A stretch of 50,824 bases of DNA, filler included, from Dimargaris cristalligena (Eukaryota), in NCBI GenBank assembly GCA_003614675.1. It is 2 parts of 2 records of this genome, joined end to end, with 100 filler letters (N's around TTAATTAATTAA, not from the genome) between each part and the next. Parts side by side here need not be neighbours in the genome. Positions count along the whole stretch, not along the records: positions 1 to 25,377 come from ML002564.1; positions 25,478 to 50,824 come from ML002565.1. One strand, given 5' to 3'. The position numbers and the translations under genes were made by a program. Under the pieces are notes generated by a model. That model worked only from the letters and a program-made list of their open reading frames with translations, did no database searches and was not told where the DNA came from. The stretch's first letter is position 1. Every line of letters starts with the position of its first letter. This document shows, in pieces, positions 22,890 through 35,582 of this stretch.

Positions 22890-24782
22890 AATGGTTGAAT
22901 GAGGTCGCTATACAGCAATAAGGCCTCTGTTTCTTTCCTTTCTTTCGCCCTTTTCCTTTTATAAGCCTTGCAACTAGCGATGGCACCCTAGAGTCCGAAT
23001 CCAAGTGCCCTTTTTACGCGCTTCTTCCCCTCCTCCCCTAATCCAATTATATTACCCCTGCCCCATTCTTTATTTTCCGAATCCTCCTTTTCTCTTCGTC
23101 TCCATCTATTCTATCCGTGTAATAATCTTCCCCTCTTTTCTCGCCCGACAACGCCCTAATTATGCTATCCCAGTGGAGCCTTTGCACCCGTTTTTACATT
23201 CGTCCAAAAAAAACGTCTGTTTTCTTCGTGCTTCACTTTTATATACTAGATCTCTTCTTTCCGCCCTGTCTTTTTTATTATTTATCACTTCGCCTTTTTC
23301 TAGGCCATTGAAATTCTATTCAATCCCCCATAACCCCTCCTCCTCATCACGTTTTCCTTTACTGTTCTCTACTTTATCATACATGTGCTCAACCGAACTC
23401 GACTGGCTTCATACTGGTTATTATATATGATACTATCACCTATTTGCCTTCTGTTCAACCCAAAACAATCACCCACCATCATCTCTCCTGTATATCTGTG
23501 GGTTTTGGTTTATAATTCTCCATTAATTTAGTGGCGTGCCCCCTCCTTTTTTTTTATCCATCAGCCTGAATTCATCTCATTACTTTTCTATTGAACCATT
23601 TCACTCAGTTCGTTGATTTTTTAGGAAGTTCCCCCTGATCAACTGGTGTCTAATTTATTCGTACCCCCCTCCCCTCCGACTTCCATCACTACGTTGCATT
23701 TCTTTATATAATTCCTCTACCATTATATACTCTGGCCATCTCTACCATAATTGCCGTATTTTCCTAACTCAATACTCTTTTCTGGTTCCTCGGTATCGTA
23801 TAAAACAACTGTCAACTCCTTTATTATCCCATAGATCGTAATTTCGTGATCGACCATTCTGGCATACGCTTGTGGAAGGGGATTGATCTAATTAGGACTG
23901 GGATCATCCCGAAATGGTTATAAGGGTAAATAATTATATTCATAACGTCACCGATTTGGGTCTTTCTGTGGGAGTGTTGCTCCTATTGGGCTGATGGTCC
24001 TGTTTTAGTACTGTTGTACTTTAACCAACCACAGCCAAACGAAACGTAAACTGCGCCATTGGTGGATATGCCAGTCTTCGGGGGAGCCAAAATAGTGTTC
24101 ACGTGGTATTGACCTATAATACTATCAGCGATTTATGAGCATGTCTTCCCTCCCTCGTCCTCCCTTCGGAATATTGTAATATTGGAGTTCAATCAGGCCG
24201 TGTAATGACAAACCCGTTGGATGAGGCAAAAATCACCGATTCTAAAATAATTGCCCGCCTATTTCATCCGCATAATTGTTACAAGACATCCTTGGGGCGA
24301 AGATAATCAACTCCTAATTAATAGAAATAAACAATCACGGGGAAAATCCTAGGCACTAATGATATTGGCTGTTATGTTTAAATATATTCACACTGTATAC
24401 CGAAATGTGGTATTTAGGAGGGTTTACATCTGTGAATGCTGACACCTTGGTTTATGGATAAGGCAAGCGCTTGATGAGGTCAGTTACGAATGATCCACAG
24501 TCTAAAATAATGAATCATAGAGTCGCAAGAATGTATAAAAGTGTTGGATGGCCCAATTTAAAAGTATGCTAAAGTGATGGTCACTCAAGTGTTAAACGAA
24601 ATAAAGAACGGGTAATGCAAGTCGTTTATGTAGACCCATGTCGCAAGAGTAGTGGGGGCCTACAACATCTGAATTGGATAGGGTACTATAATAATACCCC
24701 GTTGAACCCCCCCCATTATTTTTGCAAAATGCCATGGAACTGATAGTTGCCTGTCGCCGGCTATTTTGGCGGACGCGGATGG

Positions 24783-25046
24783 CTAAATGGAATTTTTACG
24801 AACGGTACTTTGCACAGTGGCTTTAACTTTATTTTTCGTCCTCACTGCTGCATCCACGGTTTTGGCAGCTTTTTCCTTTACAGCATTTGCAACTCTACTG
24901 GCATTGTATTTCATCATAATTCCGGCGGTGGCCATTACAACCTGTGCATTATCCATAAATTCAGTGGGTTGCGGATGGGGCAAGGCCGTGACAAGAATGG
25001 TACTGATCATTGTAATGGAGAGCAGCAGGTGGGCCAGCTTAACCAT
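24783..25046 (-). CDS. Small secreted Cys-free protein (87 aa) with cationic amphipathic C-terminal helix
   Basis: caccATGG start, signal peptide MVKLAHLLLSITMISTILVTA|LP, TATAAA ~150 nt upstream (25200-25195), K/A/V/T-rich tail. Confidence 0.65.
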   Translation of the reverse strand: MVKLAHLLLSITMISTILVTALPHPQPTEFMDNAQVVMATAGIMMKYNASRVANAVKEKAAKTVDAAVRTKNKVKATVQSTVRKNSI

Positions 25047-25194
25047 GGTGAGAGTAGATAGAGGGAGGAAAGGATAGGTGGGTTGTAATGAAATTGAAAA
25101 TGTAGGGCAGAAAAGGGCAATGGAAGTGCAGATGTGAAGTACGATGGATGAGAAAGTGATATTGGTTAGAAGTGAGGTGCCACCTGCTGGGGTA

Positions 25195-25200
25195 TTTATA
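25195..25200 (-). promoter_or_regulatory. TATA box of the 87-aa secreted protein gene
   Basis: Minus strand reads ctcTATAAAtacc. Confidence 0.45.
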
Positions 25201-25377
25201 GAGTTTCCCAGCTGCTGGATAACCAGACCAAATGAAGGAGACCTTATGCTGTCATCCTGCTACTTTAAGTGCATCCTACCATGAGGCATCCTGTCCACAA
25301 TTCCAGGGTGTGGTGAACTTACCACATTTTTTACCTACTTTTATTTTTTATCTATTTTTCGCACTTATCGGAAGTAT

Positions 25378-25477
25378 NNNNNNNNNNNNNNNNNNNNNNN
25401 NNNNNNNNNNNNNNNNNNNNNTTAATTAATTAANNNNNNNNNNNNNNNNNNNNNNNNNNNNNNNNNNNNNNNNNNNN
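25378..25477. other. Artificial assembly spacer: N44-TTAATTAATTAA-N44 (100 nt)
   Basis: Exactly 44 N, a 12-mer with stops in all six frames, then 44 N; a contig-joining linker, not biological sequence. Confidence 0.95.
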
Positions 25478-27554
25478 GGGCCACATGGGCTGTCATCAGC
25501 TCTGTAGCGTGGGAAGGAGCGGCAGTCACCACCTCCTTGGGCTTCTTGACCAGAAAGGTCGATATGCGATTGGTTTTGCGCTTATCGGAGGTGGGGATGG
25601 GCAGCGGGACAGCCGGAGTTGTTTCAGAAACGATCGTTCCAGTCTCCGATGAGGGATGATCGCTGTTGTTCGAAAAAGGGGAGGGATCAGCACGGCCGGA
25701 CGCTTTCGATTTACTTAAATTAATGTGAGGCCGGAAAGCCCGACTAATGCGGCGAAGCACTCCCTCTGCTGGCAACAGCGATTTGCGACTACCCCTAGTT
25801 GGTTCTCCAATGGAGTGGGTAGATTCTGTACCATCTTGGAGACTGTCGGGCCGGCGGGGCTGCGGTGGCACCAAGTGCTCAGCCGCAGCAACAGGGGGAA
25901 GCGAGGTAGATTCCATTTGGGATTCACTAACGGGGGGATTCGCTAGGACGGCAGCGGGGGTATTCATAGCAACAGGAACCGGACGTTCCACGGGCCGAGG
26001 TTGGTGATCGATTGGTACAGGGGTATCCTCAGAACCAGAACCGAGATGGGCAAGGCGGGGCTCCGGAACACCGACCGAATGGGCAAGCTGCTGCTGCATA
26101 CCAGCGGCCCGTGCCGAATCGGCCTGGATTTTCTCATGCACCAGGTAGTACATTGAGATAAGCGGATCCAAGGAGATAAAATCAGCGGCGTCCTGAGTCG
26201 GGCGCCGCCAGAAGCTGGTTCGTTTTTTAAGGGCATCCCGGGCGGCCAGAGCCATGGTTTCGGCCGACCGGGTCACCGCAGAGCTAAAGAATGCCGAAAC
26301 CCCCGAGGACCCCCCTGGGGCGGATTCATCAGAGGTCAGTTGGGGGTGAAACAGCTCGGGGTAGAAGGTCTGGAGCTGTTTGATGTACCATTCGCTATTC
26401 AAAAGGGATTGGAACTGATCAAAGAGGGCCTTTTCGGGGCCAAATCCGAAGCCGGACATTTCACGAACCATATTGGGATCAATGGGTAGGACGAGGGGCA
26501 TGCGGGGTGGAAGATAGTTGTCGATGGGTAGGTCATAACCACGATTCATCCATGGGTGACGCATAATCTCCAACATAGTTGCCCGCTCGTCGGGGTTAGT
26601 TACTAGAATCCGCGACAGCAGGTGCTTACACTCGTGGCTGAGCCAGGTGGGGTACTCGACATGGCCCCGTTTGATCTTGGCGTGCAGCGCCGGCATGCTC
26701 TGGTCATCAAACGGCACCTTTCCGCACACTAATACATACAAGACGATGCCGAAGCTCCAAATATCGACCTCGGGACCGGTGTAGGCCTTGGCACTCAATA
26801 GTTCGGGGGCGGCAAAGTAGAGCGAGCCGCAGAAGGTGGAGAGCTGGCAGCGCGGTGAGTAGAGGTTGGACAGGCCAAAGTCGATGATTTTGATGGTGGC
26901 AGATGATGAGATTAGGATATTTTCAATTTTGAGGTCCCGGTGCACAATAGAATTGCGATGACAGTAATCCAGCGCCGACACGATTTGCCGGGCAAACTTG
27001 CGGGCGTGCTTCTCCTTAAGTCGACCGTGGCTGATGATATAGTCCAGCATTTGGCCCCCGCTCACGTATTCTAGCACGACATAATAGTGACTCGGATGGA
27101 CAATTACGTCCTTGAGGGATACGATGTAAGGGTGGCTCAGAAGCTTCATTATGGCAATCTCCCGCAGGATACGCACGTCCTTGTGCTCGGGTGGACCCTT
27201 GTCGGGGGCGTCGGGCGGGGGGTGGCCGGCAGGTGATGAAGGTGGCGTCGAGGCCAGGGGCGGGGGGGCCACCCCCGGGATCGGCACGGTGGCCGTTCGC
27301 AGGGATGAATCGGGCTCCTGGCGGGGCATGATTTTGACAGCCACCTTCTCGCCGGTGGTCAGATCGATGGCCAATTTGACCTTCCCCATGCTACCGGCCC
27401 CGATAGTTTTGGTGAACTGGTAGCGGCCCACAATCCGGCGGGATCGAGAAGTGGTGTGATGCCGGGAGCGCTGTGCTGAGGGATGGTGGGCGGGTGGAGG
27501 GCCCGGATGAGGAGCCCCTACATACCGGGCCGAGTCAACGGAAGCTGGTGTCAT
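25478..27554 (-). CDS. KIN1: Kin1/Kin2 (PAR-1/MARK-family) Ser/Thr kinase, 3'-truncated at the assembly gap
   Basis: KTIGAGSMGKVK, EYVSGGQMLDYIISHGRLKEKHARKFARQIVSALDYCHRNSIVHRDLKIEN, DFGLSNLY..TFCGSLYFAAPE and DPLISMYYLVHEK are Kin1 signatures. The ORF runs into the Ns; the expected C-terminal KA1 domain is absent. Confidence 0.93.
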
Positions 27555-28738
27555 GGTGATAAACGGAAAATGGTTCTATAAAATACTAAAGTGGGAATAA
27601 AGGGGGGGGTAGAGGCGAATAGAACAATAGCTCTGGTAGACAAGAGGGGGGGAGGCAGAGAGACGGGCAGAAGGACAAGGGGAATGCGAAAGTCAGGGAC
27701 TAGAGACCACCCGGTAATAAAGAACCCAGCTCCGAGGCGGGGAAGGGGGGCGGGAGAAACGGACCAGACGAACTAATAAACAGAGAGGAATCCTTAAAAA
27801 GGAGCGGAAACACAAGTAGATGGACGAGCAGAGAAGGCCTAATGAGATGGGAGAGGAGGCGGAGATAGACGGCACAGTCAGGGAGGTAGAATAAGAGAGC
27901 CACTCTCGTATCCTCTATTATCAGTTGGCGAGGAGGGGCGGTCACCAAGGGGAGCGAGGAAGATGGGCCAGCGAAGGGATGATGGGCCGGGCAAAGGGTC
28001 ACCCGAAATAGAGAGACAGGAGCAAGTTTTTCTGACCTTTAACAGCAAAGCCTGGAGAGTTTAGCGCAGCAAGGGGATTATGTGCAAGGGGAGGCGAAAA
28101 AGAAACAGAAGCCTACGGGGGGCGAAGGCCCGCTTTAATACCTCCGACGGGGAAGGGTCACAGCACCGGTTTCCCTCCCTCTGTTTGAATGCGCATTAAC
28201 CTGCCGCGGGGTGTATATGCGTTTAGGCTTACTGGTCTTCGCTGACGGTCCGACGCCCAGCAGTCACGACGGCCGTCGTTTGACGAGCCAGGCTCTTTGC
28301 ATTGGCCAGCCCCCCTCCTCCCCTCCTTCAACCACCGGCCTGACCATCACGGCCAATTAATCCACCGCGACCAAGGAGCAAACGGGGTGGGCCGGCACAG
28401 TGCGGGTTCATAAACGGGAGTGTGCCGACTGCCTCTAGCTAGTGCCGGACCACAGTTCGCTCAGGAGATGCTGGGTTTGGCCTTCCCCTCTCGCACTCCG
28501 CTACACTAATTCGGCCGATTGACCATGGCCATGAACTCTTCCCTCCCATGTCTCCAGAGCACTGAGGGTGTGGGTGTTGTTAAACAGATAACCTGTCCAT
28601 TCTCTCACTCTCACATACGAAAGGCCTGACCTGATTGCCTCAACCTCAGCTGCCCCGCTATTGTTCGCCCCGTGTCTTGCTTTCTTACCCATTGATTATT
28701 GTTGGTCCATCGTGTCTATACATTTGCCCACTCCCACC

Positions 28739-29971
28739 ATGGTGTCCGCTTTTGACTACCACTACATCTTCAAGCTCATAATCGTCGGGGAAATGGGCAC
28801 TGGCAAGAGTGCCCTCCTGCGCTGCTTCTTGGAAAAGGAATTCGTAAGTCCATACGAACTTCTCAGTACCCTCCACCCGGAATTCTATTGGGCCGTATTC
28901 CGTAATAGACCCTCCTCTCCACTCAGCCAGTTCCCTATGCCTAACCCCCATCGTCTTTTTGGACCCTTCCAATATAACCGCCCATGTCATTCCCCAAAAG
29001 CAAGAGAAAATGAACCATACCATCGGCGTGGAATTCGGCGCTAAAATTGTGCCCATTGGCAAAGAAATGGTCAAGCTTCAAATCTGGGATACCGCGGGCC
29101 AGGAGCGATTCCGCAGTGTCACGCGAAGCTATTACCGAGGAGTGAGTGACGGCCCATTTGCTTTTACTGACTCTACCCAATTTTCTACTGCCCATCTGGC
29201 ATACCGCTAGTCCAGCCGCATAAACCTCACTTCGTGTCATATTGCTTCATCACTAACCCTTCCATGCCATATATTACACACACATATTCTCGTTCTCTTC
29301 CTCCGCGATACTGCCCGACTGGCCACTTAAATCCATGTCCCTAGACCTCCGGTGCCATTCTCGTCTATGACATTACTAAGTAAGTACCCCATGCATGGCA
29401 TCACATATGGAATACCCTTACTGACTAGTCATCCGTCATCTGGGGGCTCTCTTCTCAAATACCTCGCCATTCTAAGCCATATCCAGTGACTTATCACCTC
29501 CCGATTTATACTGCATGTATCCCACCCAGCCGCCAGTCATTTGCCAAACTCGAAACCTGGCTGCAGGACATCCGCAAATTAACCCATGCCCAAACCACTA
29601 CGCTTTTGATAGGGACCAAGTTAGATCGCAGTGACGACGGGTTGCGGGAGGTCTCCAAGGCCGAAGGACAGGCATTCGCCGACGCCCACGGGCTGCTCTT
29701 CGAGGAGACCAGTTCCAAAACAGGGGAACACGTTGAAACCTGTTTTCTAAAAATTACATCGACGATATACCAGCTGGCTAAATCCGGAGACCTGAATCCC
29801 AACGCTACCGAATCGGGGGTGCAGCGCAAGGGCCCCTTATGGTTCGACCAAACCCCACAACTCGGCGGTCCCTCCTCGTTTTCCTATCCAGGTTCGAATC
29901 CCGCTGCCGATACCACCACCGAGCGGGGGTCGCTCACTGGCCGCTCGTGGACAAACAGTTGCAACTGCTAG
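28739..29971 (+). CDS. RAB4: Rab GTPase of the Rab4 (Rab2/4/14) group, 4 exons, ~240 aa
   Basis: Exons 28739-28843, 29001-29141, 29345-29379, 29530-29971. [46 protein letters not shown] and C-terminal CNC prenylation motif. Confidence 0.88.
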
Positions 29972-30764
29972 TTGACTGCGATTGCCACCACGCCCTCTGC
30001 TGCATATTTTCGCTTGTGATCCATCCCCCAATTACCCCATTAATGTTGACCTATTCCTTTAGAGAAATGCCTATTGGCTCCAGCCTGTATTCACTGTTTG
30101 TACCTATATATTCGTCATTGCCTATAATTAGCTGGACAGTCAAAACAGTCAACTGCGCACCCTTCTCCCCTCCTTTGCCTTTTGGTTGTCCTCCCTACTG
30201 TGTATTCCCAATAGTGTATAATCCAATCATATCAATTATAAATATAACAAGTTTGTTCATTGGTAATAGCATGGAGGTGCAGAGAAGTTGGGATGCTAAA
30301 TCACAACAGGCATGCTGTTGCCCATCGGCCCATTCAAGACCCCACCGGAGCCCTGACCATGAAAGCAAGCCACCTAACACACCTTCCGTAATACCAATCA
30401 GTACCAGACTTGGTTGTCTTGAAATTGTCCACTGGGATTTGCAGGTACTAAGTGTCCAGAAAAGAATAAATCGGAAATAATTAGGGAGAAGTAGGGCACC
30501 ACCAGCCCTATTGTACTTATAACATAGGGAAATAAATAGATCAGCAAATGACCGCTCACCAGCTGGCTTATCCGACCAGCAGACCACTATAGTGCCAGTT
30601 TCGTATGATCCAAAATAACAATAAAATAAAAAACAAGCCATGGGCGAAACCATGAGGCCTGTGTCCGACAGCTAGGAGGGATACATATAGATTGGGGATG
30701 TTTCCGTTGGTCCACTAGACCGCTCTGTAAAGCAACGGATGGGCCACTTGGCCGCGAAACACTT

Positions 30765-33700
30765 TCAAAGATTCCAATATCCAAATGTTCCGGGCATGCT
30801 CGTGCCTGGCAGAGGCGCAATCCAACTCATCGGAAAGAGAGGCTCTTGCCTATGGAAAGATGAAAACTGAGCCAATGGTAACCGTATAATAAAGGCGGTT
30901 AATTAGTGGGAATCTCGGGATTGTATGGAGTTTCCAAAAAGAAGGAACATGGTGTTGTATACAATAGTAAAACTATACTATCTGTCTTTTCTATTGTGCT
31001 ATCACTTACCCGGACTTGGCAGGTTTGGGCTTTTCAACTGGTTCCTCGGGAAGATTCGCCTCTTCCCGTTCTAATTCGAGTTGCTCCAATTCCAGCTCCC
31101 GCAATAGGGCCTCGCGGACCGTTCGTAGCTAACCCAGTCAATCAGGGAGGAGCAATATAAATGATCAACCATTTAGTAACCATAATACACTTACTAACCA
31201 ATCCCTCGGATGCTGGGTTAGTATCTAGCGCCTTTAACAGTGCCACAGGAGGGCCAGTATACCATGGGCGCCTCCAATATACATAAAGGGTGTCGACTTA
31301 CCTTGGCCTCGTAATCCCGCAATTCGATTTCTTTAACCCGAATTCGCTCCATAAAGGTCTGGCGCAGGTCATTTTCACGTTCAGCCATGACCCTGGCGAA
31401 CTTCTGTTGGGTGGAGGTGATTTTAGTCTCGAAGCCATCATCAAACGGCATAATAGACTCAGGTCGCCCGTTTAATCGCATTAATCGGGCCCGGAAGTCG
31501 GCATAAAAGCAGGCATGGGTTTTGTCTATAACGTCAAGAAGGCACTCCTTCATCAACCAGCAGCGGAGGCGAGGAATATCGCAGTGTTCGGGATTCTCCA
31601 CTATAGAGCCGATTGGAGATGGAATATAGAGAGAGGACAGAAGATATTGGCCATGGTTAATAATTAGAGGCATATAATGGCTGTGTTTCTCAAGAATAGC
31701 CAATGGATATGCCTACAATGCCCAAGCGAGGCACTGGGGGAAAGGCCATGGGGCAGGACAATAGTACTATCGTAGGTGATCCATATTAGCCCGTTAATTG
31801 TTAACCTATTCTCAATTATGGGGACTCCCATTATAATGGAATGTAATGGGATGATAAGGGAGGACAGTGAGTGGGATTTGGACTAATCTACCTTCAATCA
31901 GCCCCCAAGGGTACTGGCGAGCCCGAACCTGGCGACCCTGCACCTCGTGGGTTTGATTACTGCCAATTACTGCAAAGGGGGTTGTAATCAAGGAGCCTGT
32001 ATGTGGGACATCTTCGTTGTGGGGTCCGGTGTATAGTCCAAGTTCGTAATGACTAATCTCGGCGGTTAACTAAAAATGGTACATATGGTGGGGGGTATCC
32101 AAGAATTGAGGCAAAGATGGGGTCATGGTGGTTGGTTATTTTTAGATGGCTGGATTTGGACTAAATATATAGGCTGCCTGGCTGGGGCAATGTCTCAACA
32201 CAAACCCGGGTTCCTTATCACTACAGATCGGGCATTGGCGGGACAGGTCAGCCTACCTTCGTTTTGACCCGGGCTAGCTCGTCCTGGGTGTATACATCGG
32301 CCTTGGAAATGAGTGGAATGACATTGGTTTTCTGGGCCAGTTTCCGAAGGTTATGGGCATCAAATTCCGTTAATCTGTGGATTAATACCAATAAAAGCAA
32401 ATTAAGAATATTGAGCCTTCGGGTATTTATACTAAAGAAGTGTGGAGTTTACTAAGCCCGAAGGGGTGCAAGGTAATGGCGGAGTAGTCCTGGGTGAATA
32501 TTCCTATACCCCTTTTGCTTCACCGATTTGCTCTGTTTGAATTGTCCGTTTCGTGCTTTTGACTAACCCGGGTGGAGGGCATGGTACTTACCGGCCTTTG
32601 GTGGAGGGTAGAAGGTAAAATAGCAAGTGGATACGGGTGTCAGGGAGTACGGTGGGTCGGTGGGCCGCATGCTCCTGAATCATATAGCGACGGTACTGCT
32701 CGTCAATATACTCAATAATCATATCCACATCATCCCCTCGATCAAGACCCTCACCCAAGCCGGAGCAGTCTACAGCAGTAAGTTGGAACTGCACACCCTC
32801 TTCTTCCACTTGAACGGGGTAAACCCGCGTTTGAAAAAGATGGGGAGTAGACATGGGCTTGTCCTCTTCTTCGTCGACATTAGCAATATCGGTACGAAAA
32901 AAAGTATTTAGGAAGGTTGATTTGCCCAAATCGCTTGCTCCTGAATCAAAGAGTTTGGCCATGTATGAGATATCAAATGCAATGCCGGGCTGGGTTAATA
33001 ACCTGCGTGATGCGTAAATAAACCCCAAACCGGATGATAAATTGGCCTAGCGTCCTAGATATTAAACCAGGTGAGTTGGGCTGCTCTATTACAGTGAAGT
33101 ATAAAACAACCAGCCGGAAGGGCGGTTCCTGGTATCGAATTACCTGCTACCATGACATTGAAGACAAAAGGCCGGCTCTTGATTCGGGCCAGGGAGTCGT
33201 CGAGGAGATAGCTAATTCCCAAGTCAGGCTGGGGCTGAAGTTGGACGACTTGGTTGCCGGACTGCCAAAACCTGGATTGCGAACGGCGAACCCTAGGAAT
33301 TGTACAGTCACACAGTATATACGGAAGGCGTGTTATTATTATTGTTAGTGCCTTCACCCTCTCCATCCTAAGCCAATGCCGACCAATCCGATAGCAATGT
33401 AGCTCCTTCTACAATAGACACACGGTGGCAGGCCGGGTATTTCCGCCATACTAACCATGTGGTACAGAATTAAGGTTACCTGTTTTGGTGGGCAAATTCC
33501 TAGATATGTCGAGTTGCAGAGAAATAATGTATGGAAGAAAATCAAACCCAAGCAGCTGGGAGGCATAAGTAATAGTCTGGACAAGTCACCCCGTCGAAGT
33601 GACTGGTTGGTTCTTCAATCAATGTGGCATAGAATAGGGGGGCAGTATAGTAGTGCGGTTGGTGTTGAGGGAGCTACAGGGGGCAGTTAAGCCTAACGAG

Positions 33701-33771
33701 CGGGGGAACTCGACCCAAAGTCACCTAGAGAAATATCGCGGCCAGTAGGGGCCCTGACTTACTAGGGGCAT
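30765..33771 (-). CDS. Divergent septin with C-terminal coiled coil, 9 exons, ~441 aa
   Basis: Exons 33771-33763, 33499-33480, 33292-33144, 32940-32592, 32374-32257, 32069-31892, 31600-31302, 31128-31010, 30849-30765, all GT-AG and phase-consistent. Motifs [54 protein letters not shown]. The first two and last exons are less certain. Confidence 0.85.
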
Positions 33772-34274
33772 AGTGGGGCTTGGTAGAGAGGGGCCGAGGT
33801 ATACCAGATGGGCTAAGTGAGAACAACAACAAACAAAGAACTGCGGGTTCTTTGCCAAAATAGCTGGGAGACCTTGGGCAGATGAGAGAATAGGGTGACT
33901 ACTGATGGAACTATATTGCAAATATGAAGTAGCATTGGCTCGACTGGAGCGTCGGGCTGCGTACTGGGGAACCACTGCTTTAACCCCGTCGACTGACCAC
34001 CACCAGCTAGAGCCCTACTCGCGGAGATTCCACATTCACCAATGTGTCTCCCCTTCTTCCACCATTCACTACGATATTTTCTCGCATTGGGCTGGGTTAG
34101 GCTTGATTGACCAACCAGACCGATGATCTCTGGAGTATTCTATAGGCGGACTGTGCCCCTCCCCGATAGACCTGCGAAGCGACTATCTGCTGATACAACA
34201 CAACCCCTAGCCCAGAAACTTAAGACCAACTCACTACTCATTTACTTATTGATCCTTTCATTCCAATAGTTAAC

Positions 34275-35582
34275 ATGTTGCTGTCCCCTCTACACCTACG
34301 CCACCGTCTACCACAACGGGTTATCGTCCGGAGTCGAGCCTTCTCAGTGTCCCGGGTGGAGCCGGTGCGGCTGGCCTCTAGCCACTTTCCAATCTCCGTC
34401 CCGGCGGGTCCCGTGCCTCCTTTGGTGATCCTCCACGGACTCTTTGGCTCGAAGCAGAATTGGCAATCCCTGGGCCGGGCTATGGCCCAACGGCTGGGGT
34501 GCGATGTGTATGCCCTCGACCTGCGAAACCACGGCGAAAGCCCCCACGCCACCCCCATGACCCTGGAGGCTATGGCCCAGGACGTATCCTACTGGCTAAA
34601 GGAGGAGGGACTGTCCTCCATTGCCCTCCTGGGCCACTCCATGGGGGGCAAAGTGGCCATGACTATGGCCCTTAACCATCCTGCTGCCATTGAGCAGCTC
34701 ATCGTTGCCGATATGGCGCCCGTGGCCGTTCCACTATCCTCCACATTCGCCGGCTATATTCGGGCCATGCAGCACGCAGAGGCCCAAAATCCGACATCTA
34801 AGCGGATGGCCGACCAATTGCTCCAGGCCGATATACCTGAGCTGCCCATCCGCCAGTTCCTCCTAACTAACTATAAACCAAAACAGCCCCAGCCCGGTTA
34901 CACGTGTCGGGTCCCCCTCGATGTGCTAGCCACTGCGCTGCCCAACCTAGGCGAATTTGATGCGGACCAGCCTGGAGCAGTGTTTCCGCGACCTACCCTC
35001 TTTATCGCCGGTAGCCGGTCTGATTACATCAAACCCGAGTACCGCCCGACGATAGCCCGACTGTTCCCGCGGTCATTAGTGGAGTACATTGATGCGGGCC
35101 ATTGGGGTAAGTTTAATGTCAAGCTCATGGTTTAACTGATAATGCGGCATTTAGTATCCCCCCCACCCTCCGTGCGTAGCGAATCATTTAGGATGCCTCT
35201 CCCCCTACGTGTAACTAACTGCATGTGGTTCCCGGAGAGCATCTATCCATTTTGGGCCGTCCTACCCCTTGTTTCGGTGTAACCTGCGCCTCACCGCTCT
35301 CCCTGCCTCTTTTAACTGGGTCTGAGCTGAAGTGGCGGGGATCAGGCGCGTAATTAAGCCCCAGCTAGGTTATTGGCGCTTTTCTCTTAGTATCGGACTC
35401 TCAGCCCCTTTTTAACATCGCCATATATGACCGTGTATCTTTTACATTCTCCTCCCGACCACCCGTATTGGGGCACTAAACACCATATCCCGGAAATATC
35501 AGTTCACTCGGAAAAACCCACCACCTTTGTCCAACTTGTGTCCGACTTTTACAAGAGCCATTCGTCACCCTCAACACCCTGA
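34275..35582 (+). CDS. ABHD11: ABHD11/YbfF-like alpha/beta hydrolase, probably mitochondrial, 2 exons, ~303 aa
   Basis: Exons 34275-35106 and 35503-35582. LHGLFGSKQNW, DLRNHGES, GHSMGGK nucleophile elbow, DMAP, AGHW|VHSEKP; Arg-rich presequence. Confidence 0.9.

Noticed and set aside
25422..25433. TTAATTAATTAA palindrome between N runs, as a possible TSD or regulatory site
   Set aside because: It is a six-frame-stop linker flanked by exactly 44 N on each side; an assembly artefact.
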